A DNA stretch of 64,000 nt. Source: Anaeramoeba ignava BMAN (Eukaryota > Protista > Anaeramoebae). Below the pieces are notes generated by a model, which ran no database searches, was not told the origin of the DNA, and worked only from the letters and a program-made list of their open reading frames with translations. Below are positions 50,001 to 64,000 of the stretch, piece by piece (position 1 is the stretch's first letter; the number at the start of each line of letters is the position of its first letter). The stretch spans positions 434,001-498,000 of the forward strand of contig JAPDFW010000060.1 of the NCBI GenBank assembly GCA_028826165.1, given 5' to 3'. The translations under genes and the position numbers were made by a program.

Positions 50001-51998
50001 TTTTCTTTCAATGTTCCATTCAGAATCCACGGTGTTTGTGGAACAAAAGCAATTGATCCTGAAACAAAAACACTGCCAGAATTTCGTGGAATTTCCCCAA
50101 GAATTGCTGATAAAAAAGAGCTTTTACCGCTCCCAACTGGTCCAACAATCATAGTTAATTCATGGGACTTGATTGTTGCGTTGATGTTGAAAAGAGTCGA
50201 TGTTTGTTTCTCTTGAGGAAACGGATCCAACGGGATCCATTGACCTGTATTCATTTCTTGAGCTGATTTTTGGTTGTTTTTCCATGAAAAATTCCCATTT
50301 ATAATTTTAACAATACTTTCATTTCCAGAAGAAATTCTTTGAATATTCCGATCAATAATTTCTTTCGGGATTTCTTGTTGAAGAAGAAAAACCTCAATGC
50401 GTTTAAACGAAACGCGATAATTCGCAAGCAAAATCACAAGCATTGGGAGCATTGATAGTTGTGATTGAAGAATACTAAACCAAGCAATTGATGTGAATAT
50501 TTTTTCTGCTGTTAGTTTATTTCCAGCAAGCGAATAAACAACAAACGAAACTAGTGTGCTTGTTAGAGGGAGTGTATCCCAAAGAAGACGATATAACGCG
50601 CTCCAAAGCAAGTTTGATTTGAGAAATTTCAATTCTTTTTTCCTCACATTTGTGATTTTGTTTTTGAAATATTTTTCCCATCCATAAAGTTTAAGTGTGC
50701 GGATTCCTTGGATTAGCTCATTGATAAACTTGATTCGTGAATCCGCTTGTTGCAAAATTGAGCCGCTGATTTTTATAAGTTTTTTCATAAATAATGAGTT
50801 GATTGGAATTGATATCAAAACAAGAGATAATCCGATTAACGCGCTCCATCCAAGAATTTTGCTGAGAAAAATTACTGATACAATTATTTGTATAAGAGTG
50901 CTCCAAAAAAGATGCAAAGAGAAAATTGCTTCTTGTATTTTTGAAACATCATTTGTGATTATATTGAGTGGATTTGGTGAAGAATCTATGCCTTTTTTAC
51001 TCTTATCTTTATTTTTCTTCTTTGTTTTTTTCTTCTTTTCTTTTTTCTTTTTTGATTTTTCTTTGTTTTTATTTCTTTGTAGAAATTGTCCTGATTTTAT
51101 ATCAAATTCAATATCAAAAAATTGGTCTTCTTCCAGAATTTCTTCACTCATAACAATTTGGGAATCATTTTTAATATTAGAAGAAGAAGAAGAAGAAGAA
51201 GATTTTGGATTTTTTTCTATTTCTTCATTTTGTTTTTTTTGAGATGCAACTTTTGGATTTAAAAGAAGCAGTTTTCTATAAACTAAGCATGATAATCCTT
51301 GTCTAACACGATATCCTACTTTAATTATTAAATCAGAGTAAATATTTAATGAAAAAGTGCCTAAAACTGATACAACAAATAGTAATGTTATATAAGTAAT
51401 TGCTTGTGAATCTTTCATTTTTCGAGTTTCAAAATATCTGATTACTTGTTGTAAAAGTATTGGTATTAATAATACTGTTGTATCATACATTAATCGAGGT
51501 ATTCCAGAAATTAAAAATGATTTTCCATAAAATTTTCTGATACATTTCCATAAATTTTGACTTTTTATCAAATTAGAAATTAAAATAAAATTAATTTTGA
51601 AATTAAAATATAATTTAAAATTAATTTATAAAATTAAATTCATTTATAAAATTGAATTTATATTTTGAATTCATTTATAAAATTAAATTCATTTATAAAA
51701 TTAAACTCATTTATATTTTGAATTTATATTTTGAATTATATTTTGAATTAATATTTTGAATTGGAATTTAATTTTGAATTAATTTATAATTTAAAATTTG
51801 TTCAAGCTACTTTGGTTTTAAAGAATTCCAAACTAATTCAAGTTTTGAAGATAAAAAAGTGGAATTATCTTGAGGTCGAATTTTAAATAAATCTTTTTCT
51901 TGAAGTTGTTTTTTTGAACTTAAATTAATTAATTTTGTAAACCAAGAAAAAGTTAAACGTGAAAAAATATTTGCTTTTAATTCTTCATTTTTTTCCAT
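47005..51998 (-). CDS. ABC transporter subfamily C (MRP-like, no TMD0); 4 exons
   Basis: ANIFSRLTFSW lasso motif; NBD1 GPVGSGKSS/ISGGQKQRISLARA/LMDDPLS; FFDKTPTGRIINRFSKD; NBD2 GRTGCG-KTS split by an intron, FSTGEKQLICLAR, LDEATA, IAHRLNT. Confidence 0.93.
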
Positions 51999-52245
51999 TT
52001 TGATTATTTTATTTAAAAAAGAAAAAAGAAATAAAAAAATGAAAAATAAAAAATGGAGAAAAAAAAAATAATTTAAATAAAAAAAAAAGGAGAAAAAAAA
52101 AATTAAAAAAAAAAATAAAAAAAAAAACAAAATCATAATTTAAAAGACAATTAAATGATCAATAAAATTATCTATTTTAATTTCCTTTTAACATTATTTA
52201 TTAAAAATTTAATTTAAATTTAATTCAATTTTAAAATTAAAAAAA

Positions 52246-53523
52246 ATGAATGATGAAGACGATGAATATAAATTGCCACGTTCAACAGTTTCTAAAATTA
52301 TAAGAGATTATCTTCCAAAACAAATTCGTTGTTCTTCACAAGTGAAAGATATTTTAACAGAATGCTCTACTTGTAATTAAATTAAAATTAAAACAAAACA
52401 AATTAAATTTAAAAAATTTTTTTTTTGCCTTTTTTTTTTTATAAAATAATAAAAAGCTTTTGTTAAAATTGTAACTTCAATGGCTCTTGAAATTTGTTCT
52501 GATAGTAATAAAAAAATTCTTCAAGCAGAACATATTATTCAATCAATTAAAGTATTATAACCATTTAATAATCAATTCTCCTTTAAAAATTTACCATAAA
52601 AATCAAAATTAAAATCAAAATCAAAATCAAAATCAAAATCAAAATCAAAATCAAAATCAAAATCAAAATTAAAATCAAAATTAAAATTAAAATCAAAATC
52701 AAAATCAAAATCAAATTCAAAATCAAAATTAAAATCAAAATTAAAATCAAAATCAAAATTAAAATTAAAATCAAAATTAAAATTAAAATCAAAATCAAAA
52801 TCAAAATCAAAATTCAAAATTAAAATTAAAATCAAAATCAAAATCAAAATCAAAATCAAAATTAAAATCAAAATCAAAATTAAAATTAAAATTAAAATCA
52901 AAATCAAAATTAAAATCAAAATTAAAATTAAAATTAAAATTAAAATTAAAATCAAAATCAAATTTAAAATTCAAATCAAAATCAAAATTAAAATCAAAAT
53001 TAAAATCAAAATTAAAATTTAAATTAAAATTAAAATCAAAATCAAAATCAAAATTAAAATTAAAATTAAAATTAAAATTCAAAATCAAAATTAAAATCAA
53101 AATCAAAATCAAAATCAAATTCAAAATCAAAATTAAAATCAAATTTAAAATCAAAATCAAAATAAAAATTATGATATTATTTATAAATAGAGTCTTGGTT
53201 TTGAATCTTATTTAGTTGAATTAGAAAAAGAAAAAAAAGAAATGGAAGAAAAATCCAAAATAAAACAAGTTAAAAAAAGAGCAAATTTAAAAAAAAATGA
53301 AGGAAAATCATCAAAACAATTAGAAGAAGAACAAGAAAAACTATTTGCACAAGCAATGTATTTAGCATATGGTATTTCAGAAGATAATGAAAATGATAAT
53401 GAAAATGAAAATGATAATGAAAATGATAATGATAATGATAATGAAAATGATAATGAAAATGAAAATGATAATGATAATGATAATGAAAATGATAATGAAA
53501 ATGATAATGAAAATTTAAATTGA
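52246..53523 (+). CDS. DR1: NC2-beta / Dr1 histone-fold transcription regulator with an (END)n acidic tail; 3 exons
   Basis: Spliced product DDEYKLPRSTVSKIIRDYLP...ECSTSFV...KKILQAEHIIQSIK-SLGFESY...EEQEKLFAQA follows the Dr1/Ncb2 pattern. Confidence 0.82.
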
Positions 53524-53738
53524 AAATCAAAATCCAAAATCAAATTTAAATTCAAATTTTTTCTTTCAAAAGAAATTTTCCAAAATTTGTTTATTTATAT
53601 AATAAAACTTTAATGGAAAATTTTTAATTGAAAGAAAAAAAAGTATCAAAAAAAAAAAGAGAACAAGAAAAAGAAAACTTGATTTTAATTTTGTTTTCTT
53701 TTTCTTGTTTTTTTTTAAAAATACTCTTTTTTTTTAAT

Positions 53739-56244
53739 CTAAAATAAAGCAGAAATAATATTTTGAATTGAAACAACTGTTCCAGCAACAGCAGCAATAG
53801 CACCAAAAATAACAATAGCATAATTTTTAACTTTCCAAACAGTTCGATTTTTTCCATTTTCTCTACGAAGTTGAATATCAAAAACTGCTGGAAGAATAAA
53901 ACATAAAGCTGTACTTCCAAGTGAACCAATTAAAGAAAGAAATAATCCAAATTGTGGAATTGCTAATCCAATTAAACTTGATATTAATACTAATCCAAAT
54001 CTTAATAAATTTCTTCTTAATTCCCAATGTTTTTTTCCCATATGTTTTCTGAAACAATTTTTGATTTCAAGTAATTCAACTGCTGGAAACATTTGAAGAG
54101 GCTTATTTTTATCAATAAATATATAAATAAATATTTAAATTAATATTTAAATCAAATATATAAATTAATATATAAATTAATATTTAAATTAATATATAAA
54201 TTAATATTTAAATTAATATATAAATTAATATTTAAATTAATATTTAAATTAATATATAAATTAATATTTAAATTAATATTTAAATTAATATATAAATTAA
54301 TATTTAAATCAAATATTTAAATTAATATTTAAATTAATATTTAAATTAATATTTAAATTAATATTTAAATTAATATTTAAATCAATTCCAAAATTAATAT
54401 ATAAATTAATATTTAAATTAATATTTAAATTAATTCCAAAATTAAATATTTAAATCAACTCCAAAATCAATTCCAAAATCAATTCCAAAATTAATTCCAA
54501 AATCAATTCCAAAATCAATTCCAAAATCAATTCCAAAATAAAATATTTAAATCAATTCCAAAATAAAATATTTAAATCAACTCCAAAATAAAATATTTAA
54601 ATCAATTCCAAAATCAATTTCCAACAAATACATAGGTTAATAAAACAACAAGAACATAAGCACTTTTCATAACAATGTTTAAAGGATTCTGTTCTAAATT
54701 TGTTATTACATTTCCTTTTGTATCAGTTCCATAAGCTAAATATCCAAGTAATCCAAATACAATATAAACAATTGTTACAAAAAATAAATTAATTCCCATT
54801 AACTTTTTAAATTTTTGAGGTTTTTTCATTGAATTTTCAATTGGGAGAATAATTCCAATTCCTTCAAAACTAAATACACAGAATTATATTTTTTAAATTT
54901 AATATTATTTAAATTCAATATTATTTAAATTCAATATTATTTAAATTCAATAATATTATTTAAATTCAATATTTTTTAAATTTAATAATATTTTTTAAAT
55001 TCAATAATATTTTTTAAATTAAATATTTTTTAAATTAAATATTTTTTAAATTCAATATTTTTTAAATTAAATATTTTTTAAATTCAATATTTTTTAAATT
55101 AAATATTTTTAAATTTAATATTATTTTTAAATTCAATATTATTTTTAAATTCAATATTTTTTAAATTAAATATTTTTTAAATTAAATAATATTTTTAAAT
55201 TGAATAATATTTTTAAATTCAATATTATTTAAATTCAATAATATTTTTTAAATTTAATATTATTTAAATTCAATATTTTTTAAATTCAATATTTTTTAAA
55301 TTTAATATTTTTTAAATTAAATATTTTTTAAATTAAATATTATTTTTTAAATTCAATATTTTTTAAATTAAATATTTTTTAAATTCAATAATATTTTTTA
55401 AATTAAATATTTTTTGATTTGAATTCAATAAAAACCTATAAGCAACAATCCCAAAAAAAATAGGTAAAGTTTTCCATTCAGCTGCTGAAACTTTTCTACC
55501 CTTTTCAGGATCAACACATTCAATACCAACAACAATACTCAAAGAAAACAAAAGAAGAAAAGAACCAGCAATTTCATAAGGAACCAATTTTTTGACATTT
55601 CGAATTAAGGTTAACAAATACAAAGGAAGAAATGCAACGGGAACAAAAATAGCAGGGGATTTAGAAAAGATATTACCAAGAGTACCTGAAATAAAGATAA
55701 CATAAGCACAACAGAAACCGAATTGCGTTAAAAAAAGAAAGAAATCAATAGCATTTTTGCCCCATTTCCCCAATAAATATTCGCCAATATCAGTGAAAGT
55801 GAGATACTGAAGATCGTATTTATTCATGACAAAACGCTTCGCAGTGACAAGAATTGACATTGTATGAAAACTCAGTAAAGACAACAAAACAAGCGAGATG
55901 ATTGCCGTTACAATTCCGGCTTCTTTGAAAGCATAGGGCTCGGCAATAATCCCAGTGCAAACAAACCCCTTAAAAAAATTAAATGAAGATTGAAGAAATC
56001 CTGTTTTTGGAATTTCCGTTTTTGTTCGTTTTAGGAATTTTGTCACTATTGGAAGTTGAAATTTTCTAAATGTCACTAAGTTGTCTATTGAAGTTGACTC
56101 TAAAATTGGTTGTGTTTCTGTTTCCGTTATGTTTTCATTTGTTTCATTAAGACTCACTTCTCCTTGCAAATTTGCTTCTGATATAGATTCTGTTCCAATT
56201 CCAGAATCACTTGGTTTGTTTATTATTAATTCTTCATCACTCAT
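53739..56244 (-). CDS. Amino acid transporter, AAAP/Aa_trans family (SLC36/AVT3-like); 3 exons
   Basis: FNFFKGFVCTGIIAEPYAFKEAG, TQFGFCCAYVIF, spliced AYSFEGIG and TYPLQMFPA, LSLIGSLG...FILPA. Confidence 0.9.
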
Positions 56245-56530
56245 TTTTTTTGTTTGTTTTTTTTTTAATAAGTAAAGTTAATGATTATTTTAATTAAAAA
56301 AGAAAAAAGAAAAAAGAAAAAAAATGAAAAAAAAATTTGAAAGAAAAAAAATAATCTTTTTTTTTTTAATTTTTTTTTTATAAAGAAAAATTCAAGTTTT
56401 GAATTACTAAAATAAAATTTTAAACTAAAAACTTTTTAAATAATTCAAAATGAAAAAGACTCCCCAAAACGAAATAAAATAATTATTTATTTTTTCTCCT
56501 TTTTTTTTTCTTCTTTTTTTTTCATTTTTT

Positions 56531-59500
56531 TTATTTAATCAAATATCGATTTAAAAGTTCATAAACAGTAAAACTTATTCCATTTGATGGAATATTTTTT
56601 AATAAATTCACTCCTAATCCATAATAAAAACCTTTAAAACCATTTTCGTTATAAATCTTTTTTTTTGTTTTTTTTTTTTTGGAAATTAAAAATTTTCTTT
56701 TTAAAATTCTTTTTAAATTCTTTTTAAAATTTTTTAAATTATTTACTCTTTTCATTGTTGGCCAAATTCCTTCATAAGATTCTTTTCTCCTTCTATCAAT
56801 TTGTAATTTTGTTCTAAGAACTTCATGAGGCTAATAAAAATTAAAAAAAAAAAAGTGGAACAAAAATAAAAAAGTGGAACAAAAAAAATTAAAATTAAAA
56901 TTAAAATTAAAATTAAAATTACATAAGCAATTGTGCTCGCAATAATTTTTGAAGCCACAGAAGCCAAAAAAATTTCAAACGAAGATAATACAATTTTATT
57001 TTTCAAATTGGCAAATTTTTCACCTTTTGAAATCAATTTTCGAGTTTTTAATTTGATAAGTTCTTGTTTAAATTTTTCATAAAGAGGGAATTGGATGCCA
57101 ATATGGATCAAACCGAAAATTGAAGCGCTAAAACCTTTATAAAGACCATGTGGACCTTCCTCTTGATAAATTTTGCAAAGTGTTTGGATCGTATTTGTAT
57201 ATTTAGGGGTTTCTTCTATTAATTTGCTTTGATATTGTATTCTATTTTTTGCGACCCAAAAGGGATTTCCTGCCAAAAGTGATATTGTTCCTGATGCCAT
57301 TGATGCTAAAAAATTAACTGTTGTATTATTTAAATAACCGCCAAGAAAATTTGAAAGTGAAAATTTTATTCGATCATAAAATGCAAAATAAAATGCCCAA
57401 TTTGTTGACATTCCAAGTATTGTTGATGTTGTTCCTTTCCATAATGCTCCTAATCCTTCTTCTTTATATATTTCTTTCATTTTCTCAAAAGTCCCCATTT
57501 TTTTTTTCAGTTTTACTTCTTCTGATTTTTCTGCTTGCATTCGAGTTTTCACAACATCTTTAAATTAAAATTTTAAATTGATTTTGAATTGATTTTGAAT
57601 TGATTTTGAATTGATTTTGAATTGATTTTGAATTGATTTATAAATGTAAATTTGAATTTATTTTGAATTGATTTATAAATATAAATTCATTGATGAATTG
57701 ATTTATAAATATAAATTCATTGATGAATTGATTTATAAATATAAATTCATTCCTAAATTTAAATTGATTTATAAATATAAATTTGAATATAAATTGATTT
57801 ATAAATATAAATTCATTCCTAAATTTGAATATAAATTGATTGATGAATTCATTTCTAAATCTAAATTGATTGATGAATTGATTTATAAATTTAAATTGAT
57901 TTATAAATATAAATTTGAATTTAAATTGATTTATAAATATAAATATAAATTTATAAATATAAATTCATTCCTAAATATAAATTGATTTATAAATATAAAT
58001 TCATTTCTAAATTTGAATTGATTTATAAATATAAATTGATTGATGAATTGATTTATAAATATAAATTCATTCCTAAATATAAATTGATTGATGAATTGAT
58101 TTATAAATATAAATTTGAATATAAATTGATTCCTAAATATAAATTGATTGATGAATTGATTTATAAATATAAATTCATTCCTAAATATAAATTGATTGAT
58201 GAATTGATTTATAAATTTAAATTGATTTATAAATATAAATTTGAATTTAAATTGATTTATAAATATAAATATAAATTTATAAATATAAATTCATTCCTAA
58301 ATATAAATTGATTTATAAATATAAATTCATTTCTAAATTTGAATTGATTTATAAATATAAATTGATTGATGAATTGATTTATAAATATAAATTCATTCCT
58401 AAATATAAATTGATTGATGAATTGATATATAAATATAAATTCATTCCTAAATATAAATTGATTGATGAATTGATTTATAAATATAAATTGATTTATAAAT
58501 TTAAATTGATTGATGAATTGATTTATAAATATAAATTTGAATTTATAAATATAAATTGATTTATGAATTGATTTATAAATTTAAATTGATTTATGAATTG
58601 ATTTATAAATATAAATTTGAATTTAAATTGATTTATAAATATAAATTGATTGATGAATTTAAATTTAAATTGATTGATGAATTGATTTATAAATATAAAT
58701 TGATGAATTGATTTATAAATTGATTTATGAATTGATTTATAAATATAAATTCATTCCTAAATATAAATTGATTTATGAATTGATTTATAAATATAAATAT
58801 AAATTCATTTCTAAATATAAATTGATTGATGAATTGATTTATAAATATAAATTTAAATTCATTCCTAAATTTGAATATAAATTGATTGATGAATTCATTT
58901 CTAAATTTGAATTGATTGATGAATATAAATTGATTTATAAAGATGAATTGATTTATAAATTGATTTATAAATATAAATTCATTCCTAAATTTAAATTGAT
59001 TTTGAATTGATTGATGAATTTAAATTGATTGATGAATTGATTTATAAATATAAATTCATTCCTAAATATAAATTGATTTATGAATTGATTGATGAATTTA
59101 AATTGATTGATGAATTGATTTATAAATATAAATTCATTTATAAATATAAATTGATTTATGAATTGATTTATAAATGTAAATTTGAATTTATTTTGAATTG
59201 ATTTATAAATATAAATTGATTCCTAAATTTAAATTGATTGATGAATTCATTTCTAAATATAAATTCATTTCTAAATTTGAATTGATTTATGAATGTGAAT
59301 TGATTTATAAATTTAAATTGATTTATAAATTGATTTATGAATTGATTTATAAATATAAATTCATTCCTAAATTTAAATTGATTGATGAATTGATTTATAA
59401 ATTTAAATTGATTGATGAATTGATTTATAAATTTAAATTGATTTATAAATTTAAATTGATTGATGAATTGATTTATAAATATAAATTTGAATTTAAATTG

Positions 59501-60155
59501 ATTTATAAATATAAATTGATTTATAAATATAAATTGATTGATGAATTGATTTATAAATATAAATATAAATTCATTCCTAAATATAAATTGATTGATGAAT
59601 TTAAATTGATTGATAAATTGATTTATAAATATAAATTGATTGATGAATTGATTTATAAATATAAATATAAATTCATTCCTAAATATAAATTGATTGATGA
59701 ATTGATTTATAAATATAAATTGATTCCTAAATATAAATTGATTTATGAATTGATTTATAAATATAAATATAAATATAAATATAAATTCATTCCTAAATTT
59801 AAATTGATTGATGAATTCATTTATAAATTTAAATTGATTGATGAATTCATTTCTAAATTTAAATTGATTTATAAATTTAAATTGATTGATGAATTGATTT
59901 ATAAATATAAATTTAAATTCATTTCTAAATATAAATTGATTGATGAATTCATTTCTAAATTTAAATTGATTGATGGATTGATTTATAAATTTATCCCTAT
60001 TTTTCAAAAAAAAAAAATAATTTAAGTTGATTACCAAAAGGAGTTGTGCAAATAGAAGTAATAATCCCAACTACAGAACCTGCTACTCCTTTTGAAATGT
60101 GTTTTTTAATTTGTTGAACTTCAACTTTAATAATTTTTGCTTCTTTAATACTCAT
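56531..60155 (-). CDS. Mitochondrial carrier family protein, NDT1 (NAD+) / SLC25A32-like; 4 exons
   Basis: Three carrier signatures (PF-DVVKTRMQ, PFWVAKNRIQ, YPHEVLRTKLQ) plus WAFYF and HIGIQFPLYE. Intron 1 spans 57558-60034. Confidence 0.88.
57580..59990. repeat. 2.4-kb composite satellite built from shuffled 6/12-mers (AAATTGATTTAT, AAATAT, GATGAATT, CATTCCT) in carrier intron 1
   Basis: Directly visible, with higher-order duplication (e.g. ~326-bp units behind the ORFs at 57982 and 58308). Confidence 0.88.
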
Positions 60156-60216
60156 ATAAAAATGAAATCAAAAAGAAAAATGAAAAAAAAAAAGGAAAAA
60201 AAAAAAGGATTTATTT

Positions 60217-63200
60217 TCATTTCAAAATTTTTAAAGAATTATTTGCTAAATTGTAAAGATCTTGATAATTTGGGAATTTTGTTTTTAAACTTTTTATTAA
60301 TTCAAATCCTTCTAAATTTTTGATTAAATTTTTGTTCTCTATTGATTTAATTAGAAAATTTATTTAGAAATTTGAAAAGGTTTTTATTATCATTTTTAAT
60401 AATACCTTCATTATTAAAAGAAAGAACCCATAAAGTTCCACATCCAAAATATTGAATTTCTTCATTTTCAGAAAAATTTTTCATTGTTTGAATAACAACT
60501 TCAATTCCTTTTAATTCTTGAATTTTTGTTTGATATTCTTTTGTTTTGTTTTTATTTTATTTTATTTTGTTAATAAATTTTGTTTAAAATTTAAAGTTTA
60601 AAATTTACCATAATTATTAACTCCAATATTCCATAAACTCCCACATCCTTTCTTTTGAATATTTTGATAACTTTTAAATTCTTTCATTGCTTTAATAATT
60701 GTTTCAATTGCTTTCATTTCAACAATTAATTTAATGCTTTCTTTATTTTAATTTTGAATTTTTAATTTTGGGTTTTTTAATTTTGATTTTTGAATTTTAT
60801 TATTTACTTTCATCAAATGAATTATTCCATAAAATTCCACATCCACTATTTTGGATATTCTTGTTTGATGGGAAATTGTTCATTGCTTTAATAATTATTT
60901 GAATTGCTTTGATTTTAATATTTTCATTATTTTGAGTTTGATTTTCGTTTTCATTTATATTTTCGTTTTCATTTTCATAAATTTCAAATAAAATATTCCA
61001 TAAAATTCCACATCCATATTCTTGAATATTCTCATTTGATGAAAAATTATCCATTGCCTTAATAATCATTTCAATTCTATCTAATTTTTGGATTTCTTCT
61101 TGATTTTCTTTTTAATTTTTTTTTTTGGATTAATAATTTATATTTGGTTTGTTTTGATTTAATTTTGTTATTTTATTAAATACTTTTACTAAAAGACATA
61201 ATCCATAAAGATCTACATCCACTTTCTTGAATTTGTTGATTTTTTGGAAATTCTTTCATTCCTTGAATAACTATTTGAATTCCTTTCAATTCTCTTATTA
61301 TTTTTTGATTTTCTAATTTAAAAAATTTTTGAATTGTAAAAACTCTTTCCATTTGATAAAAAAAACAGAAAATAAATTGATATTTCTTACTTTTATTAAC
61401 TAAAATATTGCATAATATTCCACATCCATTTTCTTGAATTTTTTCATTTTTTGGAAAGTTTTTCATTAATGTAATAATTGTTTGAATTCCATTAATTTTC
61501 TCAATTTTTTCTTGATTTTCTATTTATATTTTTTTTTTGGATTAATAATTTTTCATTTTATAAAAGGAAAATCTTATTTAGTATTTTAATTTACTTTCTT
61601 CAACAACAATATTTCTTAATACTCCAGATCCAGTTATTTGAATAATTTCCTCTTTTGGAAATTTTATCATTGCTTGAATAATTGTTTTAATTCCATCCAA
61701 TTCTCCAATTATTTTTTTATTTACTATTTAATGTTTAAATTTTAATTTTTTAATTTATTATTAAATTTTAATTTTTTTTAATTTACTATCATTAACAGAA
61801 ATATTCCATAAAGCTCTTAATCCTTGATATTGAATATTTGGATTATTTTCAAATTTATTCATTGTTTGAATAATTGTTGAAATCCCATTAATTTTAGAAA
61901 TTTTTTCATTATTTTCTATTATTTTTTTTAAAGATAAAAAAATCAATTCCACTTTTTAAATTGTTTTATTTTTTAAGTTATTTTTTATTTACTTTCATTA
62001 AATGAAATATTCCAGAATGCTCCACATCCATTTTCTTGAATTTCTTCATTTTCTGGGAATTTATTCATTGCTGACATTATTGTTTCAACTCCTTTCACTT
62101 CTTTATTTTCTTTTAATTTTAATTTTGATTTTAATTTTGATTTTAATTTTAATTTTAATTTTGATTTTAATTTTAATTTTAATTTTAATTTTAATACTAA
62201 ATAAGATATTCATAAAAATCGCACATCCATTTTCTTGAATTTCTTCATTATTTATAAAAATTTCCATTGATTTTAGAACAATATCAATTCCATTACTTTC
62301 ATCAAAATGTTTTTGTTTTTCTTTTTTTTTGTGTTTATATGTAAATTAATATCTTTCTTTTTCTCATTTGTTTTTGATTTTTTTTAAAAAGATAACTCAC
62401 TTTCATTATTAAATGATAAAATATTCAATATTAATCCTAATCCATTTATTTGAATTCTTTCACTATTTGGAAAATTCTTCATTATTTGAATTATCATTTC
62501 TATTCCATTCAGTTCAGATATTTTGGTTCCATTTTCTGTTTTATTTTTATTTTTATTTTTCAGAAAAAGAAAATGTGCTTATTTGATAATTTCCAAATCT
62601 TTATTTACCTTCTTCATATGCAATGTTCATTAAAGCTCTACTTCCTTTTTCTTGAATTTGTTCATTTTTTGAAAAATTATTCATTGCTTGTAAAATTGTT
62701 TCAATTCCTTTCATTTCTCTAATTCTTATTTGATTTTCTAATTTGAATTTGATTTTGATTTTGAATTTGAATTTGGATTTGATTTTGAATTTGGTTTTGA
62801 TTTTGATTTTGATTTTGAATTTGAATTTGATTTTGATTTTGAATTTGATTTTGAATTTGATTTTGAATTTGAATTTGAATTTGATTTTAATTTTGATTTT
62901 GATTTTGAATTTGAATTTGAATTTGAATTTGATTTTGAATTTGAATTTGATTTTGATTTTAATTTTGAATTTGATTTTGATTTTGATTTTGATTTTGAAT
63001 TTTGGATTTGATTTTGATTTTGATTTTGATTTTGATTTTGATTTTGAATTTGAATTTGATTTTGAATTTGATTTTGATTTTGATTTTACTTTTATCAAAT
63101 GCAAGATTTGCTAATGCACTAAATCCTTGAAATTGTATTTCTACTCGATTTGAAAAATTATTCATTGCTTGTAAAATTGTTTCAATTCCTTTCATTTCTC

Positions 63201-64000
63201 CAATTCTTATTTGATTTTCTAATTTGAATTTGAATTTGAATTTGAATTTGAATTTGAATTTGAATTTGATTTTGAATTTGAATTTGATTTTGATTTTACT
63301 TTTATCAAATGCAAGATTTGCTAATGCTCTAAATCCTTGAAATTGTATTTCTACCCGATTTGAAAAATTATTCATTGCTTGTAAAATTGTTTCAATTCCT
63401 TTCATTTCTCCAATTCTTATTTGATTTTCTAATTTGATTTTGATTTTAAATTTGGATTTGAATTTGAATTTGAATTTGATTTTGATTTTGATTTTGATTT
63501 TGATTTTGATTTTGAATTTGATTTTGATTTTCATTTTGATTTTTCTTTTTTTTTTAAATTACCTTTGCTATTAAATCCAATATTAGATAAACATAAACAT
63601 CCTTGATATTGAATTTCCATTCTATCTAAAAATCTATTCATTGTTTCAATAACTCTTTCGATCCCTTTTAATTCAAATATTTCTTTTCGATATTCTTTGA
63701 TTTTTAATTTCAATATCATAATTTAGTTTTGGATTTTCTATTTTTAGATTTTTTTTTTGTTAGTTTTACCCTCATCATCTCCAATAACACTTAAAATTGC
63801 ACACCCATTTTCTTGAATAATTGGATTATCCACAAATTTATTCATTACTTTAATAACTATTCCAATTTCTTTCATTTTTATAATACCAAGGTCATTTTCT
63901 TGTTCTTGTTCACTTTCTTTTTCAAAAAAAAAAACAAACAAATTTAATTTTTGGATAAGTTTTGAAAATAATTTAGATTTACCTTTAAATCTTAATAAAT
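60217..64000 (-). CDS. Armadillo-repeat protein with divergent repeats, one per phase-1 exon; 5' end lies outside the window
   Basis: Successive exons of about 129 nt such as ENQIRIGEMKGIETILQAMNNFSNRVEIQFQGFRALANLAFDK. The last exon is ENKNLIKNLEGFELIK...NSLKILK-TGA (60217). Confidence 0.82.

Noticed and set aside
57668-60070. Repetitive YKYKLIDELI / FINQF ORFs
   Set aside because: They lie in the satellite-filled intron 1 of the carrier gene and have no domain signal.

Overview
This is very AT-rich eukaryotic (protist) nuclear DNA. It has GT-AG spliceosomal introns, many with A-rich acceptors, and the larger introns and intergenic spacers are filled with simple-sequence repeats. No rRNA, tRNA, CRISPR array or transposase was recognised. 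About 18 protein-coding genes can be reconstructed by hand. They are: three armadillo-repeat genes with one repeat per exon, BTB-BACK and ankyrin-BTB proteins, eIF3m-like, NTF2/NXT1-like, PA2G4/EBP1, a Ras GTPase, a divergent SMC1, a SYP7-like Qc-SNARE, an ankyrin-RING ligase, a metallophosphoesterase, a Pmp/EGF/FN3 surface protein, an ABCC transporter, NC2-beta/Dr1, an amino acid transporter and an NDT1-like mitochondrial carrier. A nuclear intein, expanded BTB proteins and Inr-like TCATTT motifs point to an Anaeramoeba-like metamonad (inference only). Three things stand out. (1) Homogenised ARM exon cassette arrays (frame-symmetric 129-nt exons, mosaic introns) whose variation is concentrated at binding-groove positions, a candidate diversifying recognition system. 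(2) Eight candidate single-codon (3-nt) microexons in the ankyrin-RING gene, six of which supply the 33rd residue of an ankyrin repeat. (3) A 367-aa intein with a decayed homing endonuclease in the SMC1 Walker A motif. All exon boundaries were read manually and need transcript confirmation.
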